Below, piece by piece: positions 8,569-16,556 of a DNA stretch of 32,000 nucleotides (position 1 is the stretch's first letter; the number at the start of each line of letters is the position of its first letter). Where the stretch lies: positions 2,040,001 to 2,072,000 of the forward strand of contig NC_014033.1 of the NCBI RefSeq assembly GCF_000025925.1, read 5' to 3'. The stretch comes from Xylanibacter ruminicola 23. GTDB taxonomy: Bacteria; Bacteroidota; Bacteroidia; Bacteroidales; Bacteroidaceae. Made by a program: the position numbers and the translations under genes. The notes below the pieces were generated by a model, which worked only from the letters and a program-made list of their open reading frames with translations, did no database searches and was not told the origin of the DNA.

Positions 8569-8961
8569 TTATTCACGTTGCGAAAAATGAAAATCATTGA
8601 TATACCAACCACCCTCTAATGAATTCCGTTGCATATGAATCCACTGATGAAGAGACATATCTACATGACCATTTGGCTTAAAGTGGATACCCTCTTCTTC
8701 TAGTAGAGGGCGTTGGCGACTCCAGTCTGGGGCGGTGCGACCAGATTTGTTCACTACACGATGACAAGGTAGATTCTCGGCACCTGGCGTGTAGCGCAAC
8801 GTTCTACCTACCATACGCGAATGACTGGGCCAACCTGCCAGGGTGGCGATATCACCATAGGTGGTTACACAGCCACGAGGTATCTGGGCCACGATGTTGA
8901 GCACAGCATCGCGAAAGGCACGCGCCTGTTCGGGCGACATCTTATCAGGATAATCCTTCAT
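8569..8961 (-). CDS. MGMT-family protein (O6-alkylguanine-DNA alkyltransferase DNA-binding domain only, active-site PCHRVV retained)
   Basis: Carries IPRGCVTTYGDIA...PCHRVVN. The track ORF (to 9066) would overlap glycerate kinase by 122 nt. The ATG at 8961 (MKDYPDK) overlaps it by 17 nt, and the ATG at 8940 (MSPEQ) lies 4 nt past its stop. The start is uncertain between these two. Confidence 0.75.
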   Translation of the reverse strand: MKDYPDKMSPEQARAFRDAVLNIVAQIPRGCVTTYGDIATLAGWPSHSRMVGRTLRYTPGAENLPCHRVVNKSGRTAPDWSRQRPLLEEEGIHFKPNGHVDMSLHQWIHMQRNSLEGGWYINDFHFSQRE

Positions 8962-10009
8962 TCTGAACTGTAAGTAGGATGTTCTGTTTAGCTGTGGTGG
9001 GTTGCATAGCCATGTCGAGGGGTAATCCCGGAGGATTGATGCAGGCAACACGGGCAAAGCCGGCATCGAGAAGTTGCTGCTCGTCAGCGATGCGACCGGC
9101 TATGAGCATAACAGGCACATGATGTTTCTGAGCACGCTGCAGAATGCCATAAGGCAACTTACCCATCAGCGTTTGTCTATCGGCTGAGCCCTCACCAGTA
9201 ATCACCAGGTTGGCATCCTTCAGGAGTTCGTCGAAATGGATGGCATCCAACAGAAGGTCGATTCCAGAGCGACAATCAGCTTGCATATACTGCATAAAAG
9301 CATAACCCAAACCACCTGCAGCACCTGCGCCTGGCATATCCTGACAGTCGCGCCCCAAGTGCTTGGCCGATGCCTCAGCAAAGCGTTTGGCCCGGGCATC
9401 GAGGGCAAGAACATCATCAGGCGAAGCACCCTTCTGTGGCGCAAACACATGGGCAGCGCCATTTAAGCCACAAAGGGGGTTGGTAACATCGGTGGCGATG
9501 GTGAAACGCACATCATCTAACTGACGCACATCGTCCCAAGTCTTTCCTTCGGCAAACGCATCGATGATGGCACGCAGCATGCCTATACCACAATCGCTGG
9601 TAGCACTGCCACCAAGACCCACGATGATATGTTTGCAGCCTTGACGCACGGCATCGACCACCAACTGACCAGTGCCATAGCTTGTAGCTACCATGGGATT
9701 ACGTTCCTCGGGCTTCACTAGCGTTAGGCCGCTGGCTTTGGCAATTTCAATCACAGCCATATCGCCCTGCATCAGATACTGTGCTACAATGGGACGCATC
9801 AGCGGGGCCTTCACATGCACCTGCACAATATCGCCACCCATAGCCGCTTGGAAAGACTCCATAAATCCCTCGCCACCATCGCTCACAGGCACCTGCACCA
9901 CCTTGGCATCAGGCATCCTGCTAAGAATACCCTCGCTGGCTGCCTGATTAGCCTCAACAGACGTGAGACAGCCCTTGAACGAGTCGATGGCAACGATGAT
10001 TATATGCAT
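8945..10009 (-). CDS. glycerate kinase
   Basis: 354-aa ORF with an MHIIIVAIDSFKGCLTS... N-terminus and a ...VITGEGSADRQTLMGK block typical of GlxK/GarK-family glycerate kinases. Confidence 0.9.
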   Translation of the reverse strand: MHIIIVAIDSFKGCLTSVEANQAASEGILSRMPDAKVVQVPVSDGGEGFMESFQAAMGGDIVQVHVKAPLMRPIVAQYLMQGDMAVIEIAKASGLTLVKPEERNPMVATSYGTGQLVVDAVRQGCKHIIVGLGGSATSDCGIGMLRAIIDAFAEGKTWDDVRQLDDVRFTIATDVTNPLCGLNGAAHVFAPQKGASPDDVLALDARAKRFAEASAKHLGRDCQDMPGAGAAGGLGYAFMQYMQADCRSGIDLLLDAIHFDELLKDANLVITGEGSADRQTLMGKLPYGILQRAQKHHVPVMLIAGRIADEQQLLDAGFARVACINPPGLPLDMAMQPTTAKQNILLTVQNEGLS

Positions 10010-11176
10010 TTACAATAAGCTATCGGCCAACTGCTGCAGCAGGGCCTCGTCGGTAGATTTCATGCGTGAGCGGATGGTTACCATGGGCTCTACGATCTCA
10101 CAGTCCTTCAGGGCCTCAATCATGGTGCGCATGGTCTTGCCGGCCGTAGGAGCCCAACTACCATTCTCAATAATACCAAACTTACGCTTCTGATAGTTCT
10201 TGATTTGCAGATGATACAGGAAGTCGTGCATCACGGGGAACACGCCTGCATCGTAGCTCGAAGCAGCCACCACCACTGTAGGATAGCGGAAAGCATCCTC
10301 GATAACCTCAGCCATATCCGAACGACTCAGATCGCTTACAACTACCTTTGGCGCACCCTTTTCGCGCAGTATCTCTCCTAAACGCTCTGCAGCAGCGGCA
10401 GTACCACCATGAATACTGGCGTAGGCAATCAGTATACCCTCGCTCTCTGGTTCGTACTTGCTCCAGATATCATATAGGCGCACAGCCTCAGCCAGAGCCT
10501 CACCCTTGAGCACAGGACCATGCAGCGGACAGATTGTCTGGATATCTAGGGCTGCCGCCTTCTTCAGCACACTCTGCACCTGCGAGCCATACTTACCACA
10601 TATATTAAAATAATAGCGACGCGCCTCGCAGGCCCAGTCGTTGGGATCATCGTTCACCAATGCACCAAATTTACCAAAGCCATCGGCACTGAACAGCACC
10701 TTGTCGGTGGTGTCGTAACTCATGATTACCTCCGGCCAATGAATCATGGCAGCCCCAATAAACTGCAACGTGTGCTTACCCAACGCGAGTGTATCGCCCT
10801 CCTTAACAGTAACCACACGACCTGTAAAATCTACGCCCTCGAAGAAGTTCGACAGCATTTTTACAGCCTGCGCACTGCACACCAGCTGCACACCGGGATA
10901 CGTCTCCAGCATCCAAGCGATAAGTGCCGAGTGATCAGGCTCCATGTGGTGAACCACCAGATAATCAGGCTGACGACCATTCAAGGCAGCCGTCAGGTTG
11001 GCTTTCCATTCCTCGCCCTTACGACGATCGGCAGTATCCAGCACAGCTATCTTCTCATCATCGATGAGATACGAGTTATAACTCATGCCCGCGGGCACCA
11101 CATACTGACTCTCAAACAAATCGATGTCGAGATCATCCACACCGATATACTTAATTGTATCGTTCATTGTATTCAT
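10010..11176 (-). CDS. FprA-family flavodiiron protein (metallo-beta-lactamase-like plus flavodoxin-like domains)
   Basis: Carries the diiron motif HHMEPDHS and a C-terminal flavodoxin-like half. I prefer the ATG at 11176 (MNTMNDTIKYIGV) over the track start 11248, because a -7 box lies at 11205-11212 inside the extension. Its stop abuts the glycerate kinase ATG (TAAATG). Confidence 0.88.
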   Translation of the reverse strand: MNTMNDTIKYIGVDDLDIDLFESQYVVPAGMSYNSYLIDDEKIAVLDTADRRKGEEWKANLTAALNGRQPDYLVVHHMEPDHSALIAWMLETYPGVQLVCSAQAVKMLSNFFEGVDFTGRVVTVKEGDTLALGKHTLQFIGAAMIHWPEVIMSYDTTDKVLFSADGFGKFGALVNDDPNDWACEARRYYFNICGKYGSQVQSVLKKAAALDIQTICPLHGPVLKGEALAEAVRLYDIWSKYEPESEGILIAYASIHGGTAAAAERLGEILREKGAPKVVVSDLSRSDMAEVIEDAFRYPTVVVAASSYDAGVFPVMHDFLYHLQIKNYQKRKFGIIENGSWAPTAGKTMRTMIEALKDCEIVEPMVTIRSRMKSTDEALLQQLADSLL

Positions 11177-11204
11177 AGTTCTACGTTTAATCACATTCTG
11201 GCGA

Positions 11205-11212
11205 CAAAGATA
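11205..11212 (-). promoter_or_regulatory. -7 box (TAtcTTTG) for the fprA operon
   Basis: The plus strand reads CAAAGATA. It lies about 29 nt upstream of ATG 11176. Confidence 0.4.
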
Positions 11213-11264
11213 GTATAATTTTGTGGAAAGGCCAAACTTTTCGCACAATTATTTATGTGTTAAA

Positions 11265-11298
11265 ATAGCGTTAACATAGCGTGCAGTGGTGCGCTATG
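11265..11298. promoter_or_regulatory. candidate operator: three ATAGCG half-sites (two direct, one inverted)
   Basis: ATAGCGttaacATAGCGtgcagtggtgCGCTAT lies in the divergent fprA / AraC-like intergenic region. CATAGCG (11275-11281) and CGCTATG (11292-11298) are exact reverse complements. Confidence 0.25.
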
Positions 11299-11380
11299 TC
11301 GCCGATTTTTTGTACCTTCGCATCCGTTTTGCCCTTTTCGGGCAGCACTTTCAGGAAAAATGTAAAAAGATTGTTTAAAG

Positions 11381-11833
11381 ATGGCAACAGGAAAATATCA
11401 AATTACTGAACTAAAGAAGTGTACAGCCGATTACCGAAATATATTAGGCGACGAACGTAAGGATGAGCTCCACGACAGGATAATGGAGATAATAGTAGAT
11501 GACAAGAAATATCGTGATAAGGATTACACTGCCAGCAAACTAGCTGCCGACCTTGGCACCAACTGTCGTTATATCTCGGCAGTGATGACAGAGCGCTTCC
11601 ACACCAACTTTAATGGATTGATGAACAAGCATCGTATCGACGAGGCTAAGACACTATTAGCCGAGGAGGAATATCGCGACAAATCTATCAGCGAGATTGG
11701 CGAGATGGTAGGCTTCGGTACCCGTCAGGCATTCTACGCCTCGTTCTACCGATTCTTAAACACCACCCCACGCGAATTCCGCGTCAAGCACCTTGGTCCT
11801 AAAAAACGTAAGCGTTACAGCAAAAAGGCTTAA
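11381..11833 (+). CDS. short AraC-family transcriptional regulator (HTH domain only, basic C-tail)
   Basis: 150-aa ORF with the AraC-type double HTH pattern (...YTASKLAADLGTNCRYISAVM...ISEIGEMVGFGTRQAFYASFYRFLNTTPREFR). A weak -7 box TAccTTCG lies at 11313-11320. Confidence 0.85.
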   Translation: MATGKYQITELKKCTADYRNILGDERKDELHDRIMEIIVDDKKYRDKDYTASKLAADLGTNCRYISAVMTERFHTNFNGLMNKHRIDEAKTLLAEEEYRDKSISEIGEMVGFGTRQAFYASFYRFLNTTPREFRVKHLGPKKRKRYSKKA

Positions 11834-12780
11834 TGCTTTTTACGGTATTCGTATAGCTCCAACGAGTTAACAATATTCTGCCACAGCACGTAACAGCCTG
11901 CACCTACCGATGCCACTGGGTTAAGGTAGGTATAGGCTACCCAGATGCTCAGGGCAGTATTTTTTTGGAACGAAGCCTGACCGCCATCGATCTCATCGCC
12001 TAACTGGCGACCAATCCAACGGCCCATCAGGAAAAGCACAAAGCAAAGAATCAGCGACATCACGGCTATCATCAGCAGCGTACGCAGTCCAGCGTCGCTA
12101 TGCACGATGTTACGCACGGTAACACCCGACGTTACTGCCAACTGCGCTGCCCAGAGGTAGAACGAGAGGTCGGGTATCGACACTATCCACGCGCAGAGGC
12201 GCTTGGCATAGTGCTGCACCAACCATCCCAGCACCAGCGGAGCTACCAGTACCATCGCCAGTTTTTGCAGGATGATAAAGAACACCGCCCAGAAACCAGT
12301 GCTTACGCCACGCTCCAACAACGGGAACACGGCTGGAATCATAAGGGCCGAGGCAAAGGCCGACATCACCACATAAGCCGTCATGGTATTGATGTTACCA
12401 CCAATCTTGGCAGTAACCACAGGGGCCGCCGTAGCAGCAGGACCGATGATACACGTAAGCACACTCTCCCAAAGCAATTTCTGTTCAGGGTCGGCATCCA
12501 CTTGGAAGATAATCCACACGTTCAATGCCACCAAAGCCACCTGTGCCACCAGCACACCTATGTGCCAGCGGTGAGGACGCATCTGATGGAAGTCGATACG
12601 ACAGTAGGTCGAGAACAGCGTAGAGAACACCATAAACGGGAAAATAGCATCCACCACTTCGCCTAACGTATCGCCTGCGCCATCCAGAAATGGCAACAGA
12701 TAAAACAGCAGATACACCACAGTACCAACAGCTATAGCCACTGGAAGAGTCCAGTCTTTAACAAATTGCTTCAGTTTCAT
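11830..12780 (-). CDS. multi-pass membrane transporter, bile-acid:Na+ symporter (BASS/SBF)-like
   Basis: 316-aa, strongly hydrophobic ORF with about 9-10 predicted TM stretches. The family assignment is by resemblance only. Confidence 0.8.
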   Translation of the reverse strand: MKLKQFVKDWTLPVAIAVGTVVYLLFYLLPFLDGAGDTLGEVVDAIFPFMVFSTLFSTYCRIDFHQMRPHRWHIGVLVAQVALVALNVWIIFQVDADPEQKLLWESVLTCIIGPAATAAPVVTAKIGGNINTMTAYVVMSAFASALMIPAVFPLLERGVSTGFWAVFFIILQKLAMVLVAPLVLGWLVQHYAKRLCAWIVSIPDLSFYLWAAQLAVTSGVTVRNIVHSDAGLRTLLMIAVMSLILCFVLFLMGRWIGRQLGDEIDGGQASFQKNTALSIWVAYTYLNPVASVGAGCYVLWQNIVNSLELYEYRKKH

Positions 12781-12784
12781 GGTG

Positions 12785-12792
12785 CAAAATTA
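12785..12792 (-). promoter_or_regulatory. -7 box (TAatTTTG) immediately upstream of the transporter ATG
   Basis: The plus strand reads CAAAATTA. Only 4 nt separate the box from ATG 12780, which implies a leaderless or near-leaderless mRNA. Confidence 0.35.
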
Positions 12793-12823
12793 CAAAAAAT
12801 TTTTGTAATAAAGAAATTTTTAG

Positions 12824-12831
12824 TATCTTTG
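12824..12831 (+). promoter_or_regulatory. -7 box (TAtcTTTG) for metF
   Basis: TATCTTTGCAGCCAATATG: the box ends 8 nt before ATG 12840. Confidence 0.45.
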
Positions 12832-12839
12832 CAGCCAAT

Positions 12840-13805
12840 ATGAGTGTTACTGAGTTTATACATCAAGATAAGGAGGCCAAGCGATTCTCATTCGAAGTGC
12901 TGCCACCGCTGAAGGGTACTGGCACAGCCAAACTGTTTGCCGATATCGACAAACTAAGAGAATTCGACCCAGCCTACATCAACATTACCACCCATCACTC
13001 GGAGTTTGTGTATCACGAACTTGAGAATGGGCAGTTTGAGCGTCGTCGCATTCGTCGCCGCCCAGGAACCATCGCCATAGCCGCAGCCATCCAGCAGCGT
13101 TATCAGATTCCCGTTCAGCCCCACGTTATCTGTAGTGGTGCCACCATCGAGGATATCGAGTACGAGCTGCTCGACCTGCAATTCTTAGGCATCAACGATT
13201 TGTTGCTGTTACGTGGCGATAAGGCCAAGGAGGACAGCCGTTTCCAGCCTACCCCTGGCGGTCATGCGCACACCACCGACTTGATGGCTCAGGTAAAACG
13301 CTTTAACGAGGGCTTTTTTGCTGATGGCACCCCCATCAAGAATCCTGGTCGTCCGTTCGATTATGGTGTGGCTTGCTACCCCGAGAAGCACGAGGAGGCA
13401 CCCAACCTTGAGATGGACATGCAATATCTGAAGCAGAAGCAGGACCTGGGCGCCCAGTATGCCGTTACACAGCTGTTCTTCGACAACGAGAAGTACTATG
13501 CTTTTGTTGAGAAGGCACGCCAGATGGGCATCACCATCCCCATCATCCCCGGCATCAAACCCATGGCCAAGCTGAGTCAGCTAACAGTAGTGCCCAAGAC
13601 ATTCCACTGCGATATCCCTGAGCCACTGGCCAAGGAGGTAGTGAAATGTAAGACCGATGAGGATGCCAAGCAGTTAGGTATAGAGTGGACCACCCAGCAG
13701 TGCAAGGATCTGTATGCGCATGGGGTACACAACATCCACTTCTACACCGTCTCAGCTGTTGATAGTGTTGCAGAGATTGTGAAGAGATTAGTGGTTAGAG
13801 GCTAA
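12840..13805 (+). CDS. metF: methylenetetrahydrofolate reductase
   Basis: 321-aa ORF with FSFEVLPPLKG at the N-terminus, plus the ...LLLLRGD... and ...AVTQLFFD... blocks typical of MetF. Confidence 0.93.
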   Translation: MSVTEFIHQDKEAKRFSFEVLPPLKGTGTAKLFADIDKLREFDPAYINITTHHSEFVYHELENGQFERRRIRRRPGTIAIAAAIQQRYQIPVQPHVICSGATIEDIEYELLDLQFLGINDLLLLRGDKAKEDSRFQPTPGGHAHTTDLMAQVKRFNEGFFADGTPIKNPGRPFDYGVACYPEKHEEAPNLEMDMQYLKQKQDLGAQYAVTQLFFDNEKYYAFVEKARQMGITIPIIPGIKPMAKLSQLTVVPKTFHCDIPEPLAKEVVKCKTDEDAKQLGIEWTTQQCKDLYAHGVHNIHFYTVSAVDSVAEIVKRLVVRG

Positions 13806-13811
13806 AGACAG

Positions 13812-14924
13812 ATGAGTTTCGACGAGGTTATAGGACAGAAAGAGGCCGAGGAGCGATTGCTGCAGCTGGTACGCGAGGAGCGATTGCCCCACGCACTGAT
13901 GCTGTGCGGTCCGCAGGGCTGTGGCAAGCTGCCATTAGCCGTGGCTTTTGCCTGCTATCTGTTGGATAATGGCACACCATCTGCCAAAGCCATGCTGGCC
14001 AAACTGGAGCATCCCGACCTGCACTTCACCTACCCCACCATCAAACTGCCATCGATGGGTGCCGAGCATAAACCTGTGAGCGATGATTTTGCCAAGGACT
14101 GGCACGAGCTGGTGATGCGAGGCCTGTACTTTACGATGGAAGAGTGGATGACAGCCATGGGCGCCGAGAACCAGCAGGCCATCATTACTGCAGGCGAGAG
14201 CGACGACCTGGTACGCAAGCTCAGCCTGAAATCCAGTCAGGGTGGCTATAAAGTCAGTGTTATCTGGCTTCCGGAGCGCATGAACATAGAGTGCGCCAAC
14301 AAGCTGCTCAAGCTGATTGAGGAGCCCCCACAGCAAACGGTATTCATCATGGTATGCGAGGAACCCGACAAGCTGTTGGAAACCATCCGCAGTCGTGTGC
14401 AGCGCATCGATGTAAAGAAAATATCCAACGAGGCCATCGAGCAGGCACTCATTGAAAAGCGTGGCATCAGTGCCGACGATGCCCACCGCATAGCCCGACT
14501 GGCCAATGGCAGTTGGATAAAGGCCCTCGACGAGTTGCAGGTAGGTTCCGAGAACGAACTGTTTCTCGACATGTACGTGATGCTGATGCGCCTGGCCTAC
14601 CAGCGTAAGATAAAAGACCTGCGCAAGTGGAGCGAGCAGCTGGCTGGCATGGGTCGTGAGAAGCAGAAGCGCTGGCTGACGTATTTCCTGCGTATGACCC
14701 GCGAGAACTTCATGTACAACTTCCAGAACGAGGAACTGGTATATATGACACAGCGCGAAGAGGACTTTGCCAAGAACTTTGCCCGCTTTGTGAACGAGAA
14801 GAATATCCTGCCCATCACCGATATGGCTAACCTGGCCATTCGCGATATCGGACAGAACGCCAACGGAAAGATTGTATTCTTCGACTTGGCCCTACAAATG
14901 ATAGTACTGCTTTTGCAGAAGTAA
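13812..14924 (+). CDS. holB: DNA polymerase III subunit delta-prime
   Basis: 370-aa ORF with the AAA+ clamp-loader pattern (LPHALMLCGPQGCGK, KLIEEPP, SRVQ). Confidence 0.88.
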   Translation: MSFDEVIGQKEAEERLLQLVREERLPHALMLCGPQGCGKLPLAVAFACYLLDNGTPSAKAMLAKLEHPDLHFTYPTIKLPSMGAEHKPVSDDFAKDWHELVMRGLYFTMEEWMTAMGAENQQAIITAGESDDLVRKLSLKSSQGGYKVSVIWLPERMNIECANKLLKLIEEPPQQTVFIMVCEEPDKLLETIRSRVQRIDVKKISNEAIEQALIEKRGISADDAHRIARLANGSWIKALDELQVGSENELFLDMYVMLMRLAYQRKIKDLRKWSEQLAGMGREKQKRWLTYFLRMTRENFMYNFQNEELVYMTQREEDFAKNFARFVNEKNILPITDMANLAIRDIGQNANGKIVFFDLALQMIVLLLQK

Positions 14925-14943
14925 TAGTGAACAGTGAATAGTG
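14923..14943. repeat. tandem heptamer array AAYAGTG x3 at the holB-PSP1 junction
   Basis: AATAGTG AACAGTG AATAGTG, then ATTATAT, then ATG 14951. It begins inside the holB stop codon. Confidence 0.6.
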
Positions 14944-14950
14944 ATTATAT

Positions 14951-16102
14951 ATGGAAAAATCTAAAGAACATATCGTACACGTAGGTTGCGACCGCGGTTT
15001 GTGCCACCAGGCAGTGGGACGCCAGGACAAGCAGCTTAACACTTACGACTGGTTGGCCGATGTGCCTGGCAACCCCTACACCACTGATTTGGTAGAGGTA
15101 CAGTTCAAGCACACCCGCAAAGGCTACTACCACAACGTAAATAATCTGGACCTGAAGAAAGGCGACATCGTAGCCGTAGAGGCCAGTCCTGGTCACGACA
15201 TCGGTGTGGTTACCCTCACAGGCCGCCTGGTAAAACTGCAGCTCAAGAAGGTGAACATCAAGTCGCCCGACGATATCAAACGTATCTATCGCATAGCCCG
15301 CGAGAACGACATCCAGAAATGGCGTGAGGCGCAGGCTCGCGAGCACTCAACCATGATCGAGAGTCGTAAGATAGCCAAGGGCTTGGGTCTCGACATGAAG
15401 ATTGGCGACGTGGAGTACCAGGGTGATGGCAACAAGGCCATCTTCTACTATATCGCTGATGAGCGTGTGGATTTCCGTCAGCTCATTAAGGACCTGGCAG
15501 TAGCCTTCCACGTACGTATCGAGATGAAGCAGATTGGTGCGCGCCAGGAGGCTGGACGTATTGGCGGAACAGGCCCTTGCGGACGTGAGCTCTGCTGTGC
15601 CACCTGGATGAAGAACTTCTCGAGTGTGAGCACCAATGCCGCCCGTTTCCAGGACATCTCGCTCAACCCACAGAAGCTGGCAGGTATGTGTGCCAAGCTG
15701 AAGTGCTGTCTGAACTACGAGGTGGATGATTACGTAGAGGCTGGCAAGCAGCTGCCTGGCAAGGATATCATCCTGCAGACCCAGGATGGCGACTACCACT
15801 TGTTTAAGAACGATATCCTGGCCGGTCTTTGCACCTACAGCACCGATAAAAACATCGCTGTCAACTGCGAAACCATTACCGCCGAGCGTGCCAAGACCAT
15901 CATCGAGATGAACAAGCGTGGCGAGAAGCCCGTATCGCTCACCCACGACGAGGGTAAGAAGGCAGAGCCTAAGCCACATATCGACCTGGCAGGTGGTGAT
16001 ATCAGTCGTTTCGACAAGGCCAAGAAGAAGAAAAAGAAGAAGAACAAGCCCAACAACAACCGACAGCCTAACGATAAAAAGGAGGCCAAGGATGCAAAAT
16101 AA
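14951..16102 (+). CDS. PSP1-domain protein (RicT/YaaT-like) with a lysine-rich C-terminal tail
   Basis: 383-aa ORF with a Cys-rich PSP1 core (GPCGRELCCATWM...MCAKLKCCLNYE). The tail reads DKAKKKKKKKNKPNNNRQPNDKKEAKDAK. Confidence 0.85.
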   Translation: MEKSKEHIVHVGCDRGLCHQAVGRQDKQLNTYDWLADVPGNPYTTDLVEVQFKHTRKGYYHNVNNLDLKKGDIVAVEASPGHDIGVVTLTGRLVKLQLKKVNIKSPDDIKRIYRIARENDIQKWREAQAREHSTMIESRKIAKGLGLDMKIGDVEYQGDGNKAIFYYIADERVDFRQLIKDLAVAFHVRIEMKQIGARQEAGRIGGTGPCGRELCCATWMKNFSSVSTNAARFQDISLNPQKLAGMCAKLKCCLNYEVDDYVEAGKQLPGKDIILQTQDGDYHLFKNDILAGLCTYSTDKNIAVNCETITAERAKTIIEMNKRGEKPVSLTHDEGKKAEPKPHIDLAGGDISRFDKAKKKKKKKNKPNNNRQPNDKKEAKDAK

Positions 16103-16556
16103 GGCAATCACACTGATACTGGCGATGGCAGGCTTCCTCATGATGGCAGCCTGCGATCGTTCGGTGGTGTACAATCACTACGAGCATGTGGATAACGAGG
16201 GATGGGAGCGCACCGATACCATGCACTTCTACGTGCCCCCTATCAAACAGACAGGCACCTATCACCAGCAGCTCATGCTGCGCACCAACAACCAACTGCC
16301 CTTCTTAGGCATCAGCGTGATTGTTGAGCAGGATATCTACCCTGTAGGTCGCAAGCTGCGTAAGCGTATCGATTGTAAGCTGGTAGAACAGAATGGCCAC
16401 GTGATGGGCAGCGGCATCAGCTGTTATCAATATACGTTTGATGTCGATAGTCTGCAGCTTAACGAGGGCGACTCGCTGCACATGTACGTGATGCATTACA
16501 TGAAACAAGAGAACATGAAAGGCATCAGCGATGTAGGAATCTTAATTTCTCAGTAG
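16092..16556 (+). CDS. gldH: GldH-family lipoprotein
   Basis: Internal ATG of track ORF 15918..16556, giving 154 aa. Has a lipoprotein signal peptide with lipobox LMMAAC. The sequence pattern (CD..VY..Y..V....W, LRTNNQLPF, MGSG, GISDVG) resembles F. johnsoniae GldH as I recall it. The holB-PSP1-gldH synteny agrees. Confidence 0.7.
   Translation: MQNKAITLILAMAGFLMMAACDRSVVYNHYEHVDNEGWERTDTMHFYVPPIKQTGTYHQQLMLRTNNQLPFLGISVIVEQDIYPVGRKLRKRIDCKLVEQNGHVMGSGISCYQYTFDVDSLQLNEGDSLHMYVMHYMKQENMKGISDVGILISQ

Noticed and set aside
11177-11248. 24-codon N-terminal extension of the fprA ORF.
   Set aside because: It contains the putative -7 box (11205-11212). MNTMNDTIKYIGV is a typical flavodiiron-protein N-terminus.
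15918-16091. Upstream part of the 212-aa ORF containing gldH.
   Set aside because: It is an alternative frame fully inside the PSP1 gene and R/P/T-rich. The lipoprotein signal peptide begins at the internal ATG 16092, which also has an SD-like GGAGG.
15347-16174. 275-aa minus-strand ORF with an apparently hydrophobic N-terminus.
   Set aside because: It is antisense to the PSP1 gene. The 'TM segment' is just the complement of the lysine (AAG/AAA) tract read as Leu/Phe. It has no promoter box or start context.
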